From: an uncultured cyanobacterium
GTDB lineage: Bacteria > Cyanobacteriota > Cyanobacteriia > Phormidesmidales > Phormidesmidaceae
Length of the DNA: 64,000 bases
Direction: 5' to 3'
Assembly: GCA_963793265.1 (NCBI GenBank)
Contig: CAWBZI010000006.1
Span: 608,001-672,000, forward strand
Shown here: piece after piece, positions 47,929-57,646 of the stretch
Position numbering within the stretch: the first letter of the stretch is position 1
Layout: each line of letters begins with the position of its first letter
The notes under the pieces: generated by a model
Told to the model about the DNA's origin: nothing
The model's database searches: none
The model's input: only the letters and a program-made list of their open reading frames with translations
Program-made: the position numbers and the translations under genes

Positions 47929-49401
47929 ATGCGCATTCTCATCTGGCTCCGTAACGACCTTCGCCTCCACGACCACGAACCTCTACACAGAGCCCTCGAA
48001 AACAACGCTGAGGTGATTGGGCTGTACTGCTTCGATCCGCGTCAGTTTGGCGAAACGTCTTATGGGTTTGCGAAAACAGGTGCGTATCGGGCGAAGTTTT
48101 TGCTAGAGACGGTGGCGGACTTGAGAGAAGGGTGGCGATCGCGCGGCAGCGATTTAGTCATTCGCCAAGGCAAACCTGAGACAGAAATACCTAAGCTCGT
48201 AAAAGCGCTCAACATCGACGCGGTGTACTGGCACGAAGAAGTCGCTAAAGAAGAAACTGACGTAGAGCGCAGCGTTGAGCAGGCGCTTAAAGAACTTAAG
48301 GTAGCTTCAGAAGTGTACTGGGGCGCTACGCTATATCATCCCGACGACCTACCTTTTGAGATTAATAAACTACCGGAAGTATTCACACAGTTTCGTAAAG
48401 CCGTTGAGAAAGAGACGCAGATTTCACCGACGTTTCCTACACCCGAAAAGCTGCCTGCACTGCCTGACGAAGTAGAGCCTGGCGAATTGCCTACGCTTGC
48501 CGCTTTTGGTCTAGAAGAGAATCCAATAGATCCGAGAGGCGTGTTGAACTTTAAAGGCGGAGAAACAGAAGCCTTCAAGCGTCTACAGCATTACTTTTGG
48601 GATGCCGACCGGCTGCAAGTTTATAAAGAGACTCGGAATGGAATGCTGGGTGCAGATTATTCTTCTAAGTTCTCGGCTTGGCTAGCAAATGGAAGTCTCT
48701 CACCTCGAAGGATTTACGAAGAGGTACAGAAATACGAGAATCAGAGAAGAAAAAATAATTCTACGTATTGGATGATATTTGAGCTGATATGGCGAGATTA
48801 CTTCAGGTTCGTATGTGCAAAGTATGGCCGCAAGATATTTCGCAAAGGCGGTATTCGAGGTTTACCAATTGATTGGCAGGAAGACCAGAAGCGCTTTGAC
48901 AAATGGCGCGATGGCGAAACCGGCTATCCGCTGGTAGATGCCAACATGAAAGAGATTGCAGCAACTGGCTTTATGTCTAATCGGGGGCGGCAAAACGTGG
49001 CGAGCTTTTTGACAAAAAATTTGGGCATTGACTGGCGCTGGGGCGCGGAGTGGTTTGAGTCGCTGCTGATAGACTATGACGTGTGCAGCAACTGGGGCAA
49101 CTGGAACTACACAGCAGGCGTAGGCAATGACGCTCGCGGCTTTCGCTACTTCAATATTCCAAAGCAGTCAAAAGATTATGACGCCGATGGCTCATATGTA
49201 AAGCATTGGCTTCCTGAGTTAGAGGATCTGCCTGCAAAAAAGGTACATAGCCCCTGGAAGCTACAGCCTGTAGAGCAAAAGCGGTTTAACGTTCGTTTGG
49301 GCGTTGATTATCCTAATCCAGTGGTGGACTTGCAAAAGTCTGCTGATGCGAATCAGCGGAAGTATGAGGAGGCATGGGATAAAAAGAAAGGGAAACGCTA
49401 A
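47929..49401 (+). CDS. Cryptochrome DASH
   Basis: WLRNDLRLHD, YKETRNGMLGADYSSKFSAWL, TGFMSNRGRQNVASFL, DYDVCSNWGNW. Confidence 0.93.
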   Translation: MRILIWLRNDLRLHDHEPLHRALENNAEVIGLYCFDPRQFGETSYGFAKTGAYRAKFLLETVADLREGWRSRGSDLVIRQGKPETEIPKLVKALNIDAVYWHEEVAKEETDVERSVEQALKELKVASEVYWGATLYHPDDLPFEINKLPEVFTQFRKAVEKETQISPTFPTPEKLPALPDEVEPGELPTLAAFGLEENPIDPRGVLNFKGGETEAFKRLQHYFWDADRLQVYKETRNGMLGADYSSKFSAWLANGSLSPRRIYEEVQKYENQRRKNNSTYWMIFELIWRDYFRFVCAKYGRKIFRKGGIRGLPIDWQEDQKRFDKWRDGETGYPLVDANMKEIAATGFMSNRGRQNVASFLTKNLGIDWRWGAEWFESLLIDYDVCSNWGNWNYTAGVGNDARGFRYFNIPKQSKDYDADGSYVKHWLPELEDLPAKKVHSPWKLQPVEQKRFNVRLGVDYPNPVVDLQKSADANQRKYEEAWDKKKGKR

Positions 49402-49447
49402 AGTGACCACTTGAGACAATTACCTATAGCTTCGATTCATGTGTCAC

Positions 49448-49867
49448 TTATGTAGACTTTTCGTGAGCGGTGCTATTTTCTTCCAACTGGGCTAGTTCAC
49501 TTATACGGTCGTGAAGATCTTGAATCTGAGAAATGATGCTTCCCCGAGCAATGGGTTCTGCATCATCGTCTAAGCCGACGTATCGTATCTGCGCAGCAAA
49601 AATGCTATAAGCCGAAAAATCTTTATATGCAGAAACCTCACAGCCTGCATCTGTTAGCCTATCGAGCAGAAGGTTTATATCATGTGTATACGGATAGATT
49701 TCGTTTAATAGTGCTAGCCATGCCTTCAAGCACTTTTCTACAGCCTGTTGCACATGAAATCCAAATATTTCATCTGTGAATAGGTCAATGTTGATCATTG
49801 CTGTTAGAGCTGTCAAATCGCGTTGGGCTGCGTTTAATAAAGTTTTAGCTTGAAGTAGATCGCTCAT
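49448..49867 (-). CDS. HEPN domain protein (copy B)
   Basis: FHVQQAVEKCLKAWL...YTHDI...RY. Confidence 0.88.
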   Translation of the reverse strand: MSDLLQAKTLLNAAQRDLTALTAMINIDLFTDEIFGFHVQQAVEKCLKAWLALLNEIYPYTHDINLLLDRLTDAGCEVSAYKDFSAYSIFAAQIRYVGLDDDAEPIARGSIISQIQDLHDRISELAQLEENSTAHEKST

Positions 49868-50213
49868 AGAGCACTTTTCCCTCCCTGAGTGCGCAAGCAA
49901 CAACGTTGTTAAGGCTTTGGCTCCAGTACTCTACCTCGTCGGCGTTGTACATTAGCACGTCAGCAGGTACTCTAAATGGGCTTAATGCATTCCACACTTT
50001 ACCTGCCGTTTCGCGGCGGCTGTGCTCTTTGCCAAACGGCGTCGGGTCGATGATGAGAAAGTCGTAATCGGAATGGATATTGGCGGTGCCTCTCGCTTGT
50101 GAGCCGAAGAGGATGATTTTGTCGGGGGCGATCGCCTCAACTATCGCATTAGCCATATCGTCAAGTAGCTGCGACTTTTCATCTCGTTTGATATCGACCT
50201 GTTCTAGCACCAT
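49845..50213 (-). CDS. Minimal nucleotidyltransferase (MNT, copy B)
   Basis: IILFGSQARG...SDYDFLII; GKVLYE end. Confidence 0.9.
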   Translation of the reverse strand: MVLEQVDIKRDEKSQLLDDMANAIVEAIAPDKIILFGSQARGTANIHSDYDFLIIDPTPFGKEHSRRETAGKVWNALSPFRVPADVLMYNADEVEYWSQSLNNVVACALREGKVLYERSTSS

Positions 50214-50266
50214 CGTTTTAAGCGTTTTTGGTGTTCACTGACTGTATAGCCCCATACTACACTTGT

Positions 50267-50686
50267 CTACTCAGACTCAGCTTTGGACTCTCTGTCTGAT
50301 ATGGATTGGAAGATATAACTTACTCGATCGTAAAGGCTTTGGACTTGCTCGATTGTGCCTTCGCGATCGATGGGTTCTGCATCACTACCTAGCCCTACAT
50401 ACCGTACCTGAGCGGCAAAAATACTGTACGCAACAAAGTTCTCGTAGTTAGAAACATCACAGTCTAGTTTCTCTAGTCTTTCAAGTAAGCGGTTCAAATC
50501 ATGCGTATAGGGATAGACTTCTCCCAACGCTGCTAGCCATGCTTTGAGACACTTCTCTACAGACTGCTGCACATGATAACCAAACGTTTCATCATCAATC
50601 AGCTCAGCGTCAATTATCACAGGTAGCGTTTTTAGATCTCGAAAGGCTGCATCTAATAACGTTTTAGCTTGAAGCAGGTCGCTCAT
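50267..50686 (-). CDS. HEPN domain protein (copy A)
   Basis: YHVQQSVEKCLKAWL...YTHDL. Confidence 0.88.
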   Translation of the reverse strand: MSDLLQAKTLLDAAFRDLKTLPVIIDAELIDDETFGYHVQQSVEKCLKAWLAALGEVYPYTHDLNRLLERLEKLDCDVSNYENFVAYSIFAAQVRYVGLGSDAEPIDREGTIEQVQSLYDRVSYIFQSISDRESKAESE

Positions 50687-51059
50687 AAAGTACCTTACCC
50701 TCTCTAAGAGCACAGGAAACAACGTTATTAAGGCTTTGGCTCCAATACTCTACCTCCTCTGCGTTATACATCAAAACGTCGGCAGCGATTGCAAACGGAC
50801 GCAGGGCTCGCCACACCTTGACTGCTGTTTTTCGGCGGCTGTGCTCTTTACCGAATGGCGTGGGGTCAATGATGAGAAAGTCGTAGTCGGAATGGATGTT
50901 GGCGGTGCCTCTCGCTTGTGAGCCGAAGAGGATGATTTTGTCGGGGGCGATCGCCTCAACTATCGCTTTAGCCATATCGTCAAGTAGCTGCGACTTTTCA
51001 TCTTGTTTGGGAGCGGTCTGTTTTAGCACCATTGTCTTAGGTGGGTTTGGAGCGTTCAT
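50664..51059 (-). CDS. Minimal nucleotidyltransferase (MNT, copy A)
   Basis: Near-identical to copy B; alternative start at 51032. Confidence 0.9.
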   Translation of the reverse strand: MNAPNPPKTMVLKQTAPKQDEKSQLLDDMAKAIVEAIAPDKIILFGSQARGTANIHSDYDFLIIDPTPFGKEHSRRKTAVKVWRALRPFAIAADVLMYNAEEVEYWSQSLNNVVSCALREGKVLYERPASS

Positions 51060-51087
51060 TGATGACGTAGCTTTATACTACACCCGC

Positions 51088-51954
51088 CTAGCTTTGAAAA
51101 GTGTTGCACTGATCGACATCGCCGGAAGTAAAGCCGCGTCTGAACCACTCGACGCGCTGGGCAGAAGTGCCGTGAGTGAAAGAGTCGGGGTTTACGTAGC
51201 CGCGCTGTTGCTTTTGTAGGCTGTCGTCACCGATTTGGCTAGCGGCGTTTAGGGCTTCTTCAATATCACCGGCTTCTAAAATGTTGCGCTCGCGATCGGC
51301 GTGGTGCGCCCATATGCCAGAGAAACAGTCGGCTTGTAATTCTTGTAACACGGAGAGCTGGTTGGCCTCTGTTTCACTGACGCGGCGTTGAGCCGCGCGA
51401 ACTTGTTCAGAAACGCCTATCAGGTTTTGAACATGGTGGCCGACTTCGTGAGCAATGACGTAGGCTTGAGCAAAATCGCCAGGCGCGCCTAATTTGTATT
51501 TAAGATCTCGGTAGAAGTCGAGATCGATATAGACCTGCTGGTCGGCGGGGCAGTAGAAGGGGCCGACAGCGGCAGTTGCCCTGCCGCAGGCAGATTGGAC
51601 TGCGCCTGTGAAAAGAACAAGTTCCGGCTCGCGGTAGCTGCCGCCAAACTCGCGAGGAAAAATATTGTTCCAAGTGTCTTCGGTATCAGCAAGTACCACA
51701 GAAACGAAGTCTGCTAGCTGATCTTGTTCTGGAGAAGTAGTCTGATACGGGCCACCTGCGGGGCTTTGTCTGGGCGGCTGCGCACCAGAGTCTAGTAAGA
51801 CAGTGGGATCGCCGCCCAATAGCGTAATTACGATAGCTACCACAACCATACCGAGGCCACCGCCGCCAACCACCATCGGACTGCCACCACCCCGATAGCT
51901 TCGTCCTCGACGGTCTTGAATATTTTGACTACGACGGCCCGTTTTCCAGCGCAT
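51088..51954 (-). CDS. Neutral zinc metallopeptidase (YpfJ-like)
   Basis: GPFYCPAD, AHEVGHHVQ (HExxH), ELQADC, FTHGTS. Confidence 0.92.
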   Translation of the reverse strand: MRWKTGRRSQNIQDRRGRSYRGGGSPMVVGGGGLGMVVVAIVITLLGGDPTVLLDSGAQPPRQSPAGGPYQTTSPEQDQLADFVSVVLADTEDTWNNIFPREFGGSYREPELVLFTGAVQSACGRATAAVGPFYCPADQQVYIDLDFYRDLKYKLGAPGDFAQAYVIAHEVGHHVQNLIGVSEQVRAAQRRVSETEANQLSVLQELQADCFSGIWAHHADRERNILEAGDIEEALNAASQIGDDSLQKQQRGYVNPDSFTHGTSAQRVEWFRRGFTSGDVDQCNTFQS

Positions 51955-52140
51955 AACTCTAATGACTCTGTGACTTACCTAGCAGCCCAGACCACCCATA
52001 GACTACCATCTGATTCTCCATAAGTCTGTCACCGTAATCTATTGACCCAAAGTAGGTTTTTTCTTACTTAAGAAACGTTAAAACCGGGAACAAAACGGCT
52101 ACCTTTTAAACTTTAGATTTCCTTAATAATCTCCTGTTTT

Positions 52141-52167
52141 CATAACTTATGTATGTGATAAGTTATG
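52141..52167. promoter_or_regulatory. Perfect 10-bp-arm palindrome, putative operator of the downstream cluster
   Basis: CATAACTTAT-GTATGTG-ATAAGTTATG. Confidence 0.55.
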
Positions 52168-52242
52168 GTCAGATTAAATGCACAAGCCTATAGCCTTTAT
52201 CAATAAGCCCTACGGATACTTAAGAAGGCTGAAGGTACTGCC

Positions 52243-53457
52243 GTGATAATTATGGAACAGCGAAGGGTCATCAATATCGTTACCGGACAGGGTGGCGCAG
52301 GTCACTACGCGACTTACTACGCCATTCGAGCACTGGCCGAGCAGCAGAATCTGCCTTGGAAATTTCAAGTGACCGATATGGATGAGATTATTACGAATCT
52401 CTCCGAGCGAAAACAGATTGAAAATGCATATGAGAGGTTTGGCTTTTCAGGACATGACCTGTACAACCTGATGGTGAAAGGTGGGTGGACTTGGCTATGG
52501 CCACTGAAGATGAGGCTCAATAAGCTGCTGGTGAAGATAAACCATGAGACTGGTGTAAAAATCTTTACGGAGTACTGGCGGCAGCAACGGCCAGATTTGG
52601 TAGTGTCGGTGATGCCGCTCTACAACAAAGGTCTGTGGCAAAGCCTGCAGAAAGCGCAGCCGAGCACGCCCTACATTACGGTAATGACCGACTTTGCCGA
52701 TAGTCCACCTGACTTTTGGATAGATACAGATATTCAAAACGTTTTGGTGTGTGGTACGAGGAAGGCTGCTAGGCAGGCGTGGCAAGTAGGCGTAGCAGAG
52801 AGTCGGATAAAGGCGACTTCTGGGCTTGTTGTTCATCCTAATTTTTGTGAGGCCAACGAGCGTGAGGAAGAGAAAAGTCGACGGCGATCGCGTCTCGGCT
52901 TAGAACCTAACGTACCTACAGGTATAGTCATGTTTGGCGGCAACGGCTCAGCCAAAATGGAAGAGATTGCTAGTCGTCTTGAACGATTCAAAGAGAATAT
53001 TCAGCTTATCTTTTTGTGTGGTAGAAATTTCGAACTTGCGGCGGTGCTACGACAATATAACGGCCTGCAAAATCGGTGCGTTGTTGAATTTACAGATCGG
53101 GTGCATAACTATCTATCTATGGCTGATTTCTTTATTGGTAAGCCTGGGAACGTCAGCGTTAGCGAGGCGATCGCAATGCACGTGCCCGTCATTACTGAGC
53201 GCAATCGATTCACGATGGTGCAGGAAAAAGACTGTGCTGATTGGGTAGAAGCGCAGGAATGCGGCATTGTTCTTTCTAGATTTAAGACGGTCGATAAGGC
53301 AGTCGAACAAATGCTAGATCAGCGCGTTTACAGCCGCTATCAGCAGGCTATACAAAAGCATAATAATCGTGCTGTCTATGAGGTCGTAGAGATTATGAAA
53401 CAGTCGCTACAGCCCGAATACGCTACGAAAACACCTATTTCGCAGGCTATTGCATAG
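52243..53457 (+). CDS. GT28/MGDG-synthase-like glycosyltransferase
   Basis: GAGH, PDLVVSVMP, VMTDF, MFGGNG, LCGRN, ADFFIGKPG..SVSEA, QE. Start is GTG 52243 or ATG 52252. Confidence 0.88.
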   Translation: MIIMEQRRVINIVTGQGGAGHYATYYAIRALAEQQNLPWKFQVTDMDEIITNLSERKQIENAYERFGFSGHDLYNLMVKGGWTWLWPLKMRLNKLLVKINHETGVKIFTEYWRQQRPDLVVSVMPLYNKGLWQSLQKAQPSTPYITVMTDFADSPPDFWIDTDIQNVLVCGTRKAARQAWQVGVAESRIKATSGLVVHPNFCEANEREEEKSRRRSRLGLEPNVPTGIVMFGGNGSAKMEEIASRLERFKENIQLIFLCGRNFELAAVLRQYNGLQNRCVVEFTDRVHNYLSMADFFIGKPGNVSVSEAIAMHVPVITERNRFTMVQEKDCADWVEAQECGIVLSRFKTVDKAVEQMLDQRVYSRYQQAIQKHNNRAVYEVVEIMKQSLQPEYATKTPISQAIA

Positions 53458-53498
53458 GCAACCTAGACCCTCTTGAGCATCTACTATGGCACTTTTAC

Positions 53499-55010
53499 AT
53501 GGCACTTCCTTTAGTACAAACGCGCGAAGCTGACGCCGCAGACATCACCCGCCAAATTACTCAGATGGTTGCGGCCAGCGGCATTTCAAGAGAAAAGGTG
53601 CCTGCACTTTTAGGTGGCGTACCTGTGCGAACAGCACCATATCCTAGCTGGCCCACGCTAGACGAGGCGGCTGTTAAGGCGGATATTGAGGCGGTGAGTG
53701 CGGTTTTGCGCTCGAGGCAGTGGGGCGGTGCACCTTATCCGGGGGTGCACACTCGAGCGTTTGCAGCGGCGTTCTTAGCGATGCAGGTTGGAAACAATCA
53801 GCCTGATAAAGAGACTTTTTTTGCGGTGCCGATGATGAATGGCACTTTGACGATGGAGGTAGCGCTGCGAGCGGCTGATATTGGCTGGGGTGATGAGGTG
53901 ATTGTGCCTGCCTACACGTTTCAGGCGACGGCGACAGCTCCGATTGCGATTGGCGCAGTTCCGGTGCTGGTTGATGTTGATCCTGATACGTATTGCATTA
54001 GTCCCATTGCTATTGAGGCTGCGATTACAGATAGAACAAAGGCGATTATGCCGGTGCATTTGGGCGCGCAGATGGCGGATATGGATGAGATTATGGCGAT
54101 CGCATCCCGTCATAATCTTGTTGTCATTGAAGACTGTGCTCATGCTCATGGGGCCGAGTGGAACGGGCGTGGGGCCGGGACGATAGGGCACTTTGGCTCG
54201 TTTAGCTTGCAGTCTTCTAAGCTGCTGACGACTGGGGAAGGGGGCGTTTTAATCGGTAGAGGTGAGGACACCTGGCGAAAGGTGGTGGGGTTGGTGGACT
54301 GTGGGCGATCGCCTACGTCTTCACAAGGTTCAACCCCACATAGTCCAATCTCACTAACCCAAGATCCCACCGGCTTGATGAGTTCACTCATCGGCCAGCT
54401 ACGCACGCAGGTGAATTCGCATAGTCTCGAAGGCGCTGTAGGCATAGGCAGCAACTATCGCATGACTGAACTACAGGCGGCGCTGGGCCGTACGGCCTTG
54501 CAAAGATTCCCACAACAGCAGCTACAGCGGGCAGCTATGGCCGATTATTTAGAGCAACAGTTTGAAGGGGTTGAAGGCGTACGACTGCTAAAGCGACAGA
54601 AAAATCATACTCGGCGGTCTGTTTATCGGTATATTTTTGCGATTGATCCTGAGCTGTTCGGCGTCGATCATCAGGTAGTAGCGCTGGCCCTGCATTTAGA
54701 AGGCATTGCCTGCTGGCAAGGGTATGCGGCTCTGCATTGTCATGAGAGTTTTCAGCCGTTGCGATCGCGTCTCCCGGTACCGAGCGTATACCCTCAAGCC
54801 TTTAACTTTGAGGCCATGAGCTTTCCTGAAGCTGAAAGCGCCAGCGAAGCGGAAGCCATCTGGTTAGAAGAGTCTGTTTTTAGAGCAGGAAAGCAGGGTA
54901 TAGACGACGTGGTAAGGGCGCTAAAGAAAATTCAAGCAAGCGCGCCGTTGCTAAAAGCGGCTAGGGTTTATTTCTTAGAAGCTGTTGCAACGCAGGGGGT
55001 ATCCAGATGA
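53499..55010 (+). CDS. DegT/DnrJ/EryC1/StrS family PLP aminotransferase
   Basis: NGT, GDEVIVPAYTFQAT, IEDCAHAHG, FSLQSSK (PLP Lys) LLTTGEGG, GSNYRMTE. Confidence 0.93.
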   Translation: MALPLVQTREADAADITRQITQMVAASGISREKVPALLGGVPVRTAPYPSWPTLDEAAVKADIEAVSAVLRSRQWGGAPYPGVHTRAFAAAFLAMQVGNNQPDKETFFAVPMMNGTLTMEVALRAADIGWGDEVIVPAYTFQATATAPIAIGAVPVLVDVDPDTYCISPIAIEAAITDRTKAIMPVHLGAQMADMDEIMAIASRHNLVVIEDCAHAHGAEWNGRGAGTIGHFGSFSLQSSKLLTTGEGGVLIGRGEDTWRKVVGLVDCGRSPTSSQGSTPHSPISLTQDPTGLMSSLIGQLRTQVNSHSLEGAVGIGSNYRMTELQAALGRTALQRFPQQQLQRAAMADYLEQQFEGVEGVRLLKRQKNHTRRSVYRYIFAIDPELFGVDHQVVALALHLEGIACWQGYAALHCHESFQPLRSRLPVPSVYPQAFNFEAMSFPEAESASEAEAIWLEESVFRAGKQGIDDVVRALKKIQASAPLLKAARVYFLEAVATQGVSR

Positions 55011-57637
55011 AGACTAAACAGATCGCATCTCAAAGAGATACCCACAAAGAGAGCAGCTTACAGCCAATAAAAAAAACTATTCACGTGCTTGTACTTCGCG
55101 GTGGCGGCGGTCACTATGCAACCTATAGAGCACTTCAGGCCGTGATTGAACAGCAGCAGCTTCCCTGGAATTTGGAGCTGACATTTGCTGATGATATTGG
55201 TGGCAATGGTATAGATACATCAGAAGCTCGCCCTGGTATAGCAAGAGCGCTATCTCGACTATCAGGCTACGTTGCCGATATAGTCTATGACCTTATCTTG
55301 AAGAAAGGGTGGAACTGGATACATCTTTTTACCCTGCCTTTGCACAAGCAAATCGTTAAGCTCCGAGGCCCAGTCGATCGGCAAATGCTCAGCGAAAAGT
55401 GGCAAGTGCATCCACCGGATCTAATTCTCTCGGTGGTGCCTTTTCACAACCGCTGCCTGTGGGAAAGTTTATCAGAACAATCTATTCCCATCGTCACACT
55501 GCTTACCGATTTCGGAGACTCCCCACCGGCTTACTGGATAGAGCCTGACACCGACAACTATCTGATTTGCGGCACCGCAATCGCGTCGCAGCAGGCACTT
55601 GCGCAGGGCGTTCAACCTGAGCGAATTTTGCCGACATCGGGGCTGGTCATCGATCCCAGCTTTTATGAGCCGCCCAAGTCGGCGTCGTGGATTTGTCAGG
55701 AGAGAGAAAAGCTGGGACTAGAGGCAGATCGCCCGACGGCGCTGGTTCTTTTTGGTGCGAATGGGTCTTTGGCGATGATTGATATTGCTGAGCAGCTAGA
55801 GGCTTTGGGCGATCACCTCCAAATCATCTTCGTCTGCGGGCGCAATCTCGCCGTTGAGCAGACGCTGTGGAAGCGCGAAACTGCGCAGAAGAGAGTGGTG
55901 GTTGGCTTTACGCAGGAAATTGCACACTACATGGCGATCGCTGACTTCTTTATCGGCAAGCCCGGCAACGTCAGCATCAGTGAAGCGCTCAAAATGGGCC
56001 TGCCTGTTATCGTCAATCGCAACTGGCTCACCATGCCTCAAGAGCGCCATGTTGCTGGTTGGATAAAAGATCAGCAGGTCGGCCTTACGGTTCAAAACTT
56101 TAAGCAGACTCGCGCTGCCGTTGAGCAAATGTTACAGCCCGGCGCACTCGCTCGCTATCAAAGCAATGTGGAAAAGTTCGAGAATCAGGCAGTGTTTGAA
56201 GTCGTTGAGATTTTGCAGGCGCTTTTACAGCGTGAGCCCTTGCCGTATCAGCTTTCTGAGACAGGCATTCTAGAGCAACAGATTGATACAAACAAACCGC
56301 TACAAATTCTAAGCAGCGCGGTTTCGCTCTATCAATTTACGCCACGGGCCGTCTTTCATCCAGCCACCGAAGCCGATTTGGCGCAGGCAGTTCAGCTAGC
56401 CGCTAAAGAAGGTCTGAAGATTCGAGCGATTGGCGCGCTACATTCAGCCGTACCGATTCCGGCGACTGACGGCGTTTGTATTATGCTCGATCGCTACCAA
56501 AAGCTGTTGAAAGTCGAAGGCACTCAGGTTACTGTGCAGGCAGGCATTCAGATCTGTCAGCTCAATGAGGTGCTAGCAGAAAAAGGGCTTGCCTTACCGA
56601 TTCTCGGGACTATCGATCAACAGACGATTGCGGGCGCTATTTCGACGGGTACCCACGGTGGCTCGCTTCATCGGCCTAGCCTGAGTAGCTACGTTAGCGC
56701 CGTGAGTCTCATTAAAGCAGACGGCTCAATCGTGACAATCTCGCGAAATCAGCCAGCATTTAAAGCGGTCGGCATCTCTTTAGGTCTTTTAGGCATTCTC
56801 TCTACCGTCACAATCGACTGTGTGCCTGCTTTCTCTTTAAGGGCAAAGACTTATGCTTTTAGTTTTGAGCAGCTTATTAAAAACTTTGAGCGCATTCATC
56901 AAGACAACGACTTTGTTGATATCCGATACTCACCAATCACTAACACTGCCCATGCGGTGCTGATTAATCAGCCCGAGCAGCCCATTGCTAAAAATGGCGG
57001 ATGGGAGCCGGTTAAGCAAAGCAAGCTAACCTGGCGAGCCACTGAAACAGTCAACAAAATGGCGCAGCGGGTGTTTCAACAGCTACCCGTCAATGGCTTA
57101 CAGCGCTGGTGCTTAAATCGGTACGAACAGTCGGTTTATTCAGCGCCCTATGGTCGTAGCGATTTTGTACTCACGCACTTTGATGCGACTTCAGATGATT
57201 TGATTAGCAACAAAGCCTCAGTTGATCTTGACCCGGTGGCGGACATGGAACTAGCCGTGCCTTATGGGCGGGCGATCGCGGCCCTGCAAGCCATCAGAGA
57301 TCACTTTCACAAAACCCAACGCTATCCCACCATGCAAATTCACATTCGCTGTTCGGCAGGCGAAGATTTTTGGCTTAGCCCGAGTCAAAGTGAGCCCATT
57401 TGCTGGCTAGAGTTTTGGGAATATCCCTGTACAGGCGAATTCTTTGCAGAGATGGTGGCGCTGCTCAAACCCTTTGGACTTAGGGGTCACTGGGGTAAAC
57501 AGATTCCGATAGAGACTAATTACTTGCAGGCTCAATATCCGCGCTGGCAAGACTTTTGTCAGCTTGTCAAACAGTGGGATGCTGACGGGCGTTTTAGCAA
57601 CTCGACGCTGACTCATTATTTTAGAACAGAGGGTTGA
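55007..57637 (+). CDS. Fusion of a GT28-like glycosyltransferase and an FAD-linked aldonolactone-oxidase-like domain
   Basis: N-terminal half is paralogous to 52243; C-terminal half has RAIGALHS, QTIAGAISTGTHG, GISLGLLGI, RGHWGK. One uninterrupted ORF. Confidence 0.88.
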   Translation: MKTKQIASQRDTHKESSLQPIKKTIHVLVLRGGGGHYATYRALQAVIEQQQLPWNLELTFADDIGGNGIDTSEARPGIARALSRLSGYVADIVYDLILKKGWNWIHLFTLPLHKQIVKLRGPVDRQMLSEKWQVHPPDLILSVVPFHNRCLWESLSEQSIPIVTLLTDFGDSPPAYWIEPDTDNYLICGTAIASQQALAQGVQPERILPTSGLVIDPSFYEPPKSASWICQEREKLGLEADRPTALVLFGANGSLAMIDIAEQLEALGDHLQIIFVCGRNLAVEQTLWKRETAQKRVVVGFTQEIAHYMAIADFFIGKPGNVSISEALKMGLPVIVNRNWLTMPQERHVAGWIKDQQVGLTVQNFKQTRAAVEQMLQPGALARYQSNVEKFENQAVFEVVEILQALLQREPLPYQLSETGILEQQIDTNKPLQILSSAVSLYQFTPRAVFHPATEADLAQAVQLAAKEGLKIRAIGALHSAVPIPATDGVCIMLDRYQKLLKVEGTQVTVQAGIQICQLNEVLAEKGLALPILGTIDQQTIAGAISTGTHGGSLHRPSLSSYVSAVSLIKADGSIVTISRNQPAFKAVGISLGLLGILSTVTIDCVPAFSLRAKTYAFSFEQLIKNFERIHQDNDFVDIRYSPITNTAHAVLINQPEQPIAKNGGWEPVKQSKLTWRATETVNKMAQRVFQQLPVNGLQRWCLNRYEQSVYSAPYGRSDFVLTHFDATSDDLISNKASVDLDPVADMELAVPYGRAIAALQAIRDHFHKTQRYPTMQIHIRCSAGEDFWLSPSQSEPICWLEFWEYPCTGEFFAEMVALLKPFGLRGHWGKQIPIETNYLQAQYPRWQDFCQLVKQWDADGRFSNSTLTHYFRTEG

Positions 57638-57646
57638 GTGGCCATT

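Noticed and set aside
52141..52167. Resemblance to loxP (ATAACTT...ATGTATG...AAGTTAT)
   Set aside because: Lacks the CGTATA parts of the 13-bp arms and is too short; no recombinase nearby. Treated as an ordinary palindrome.
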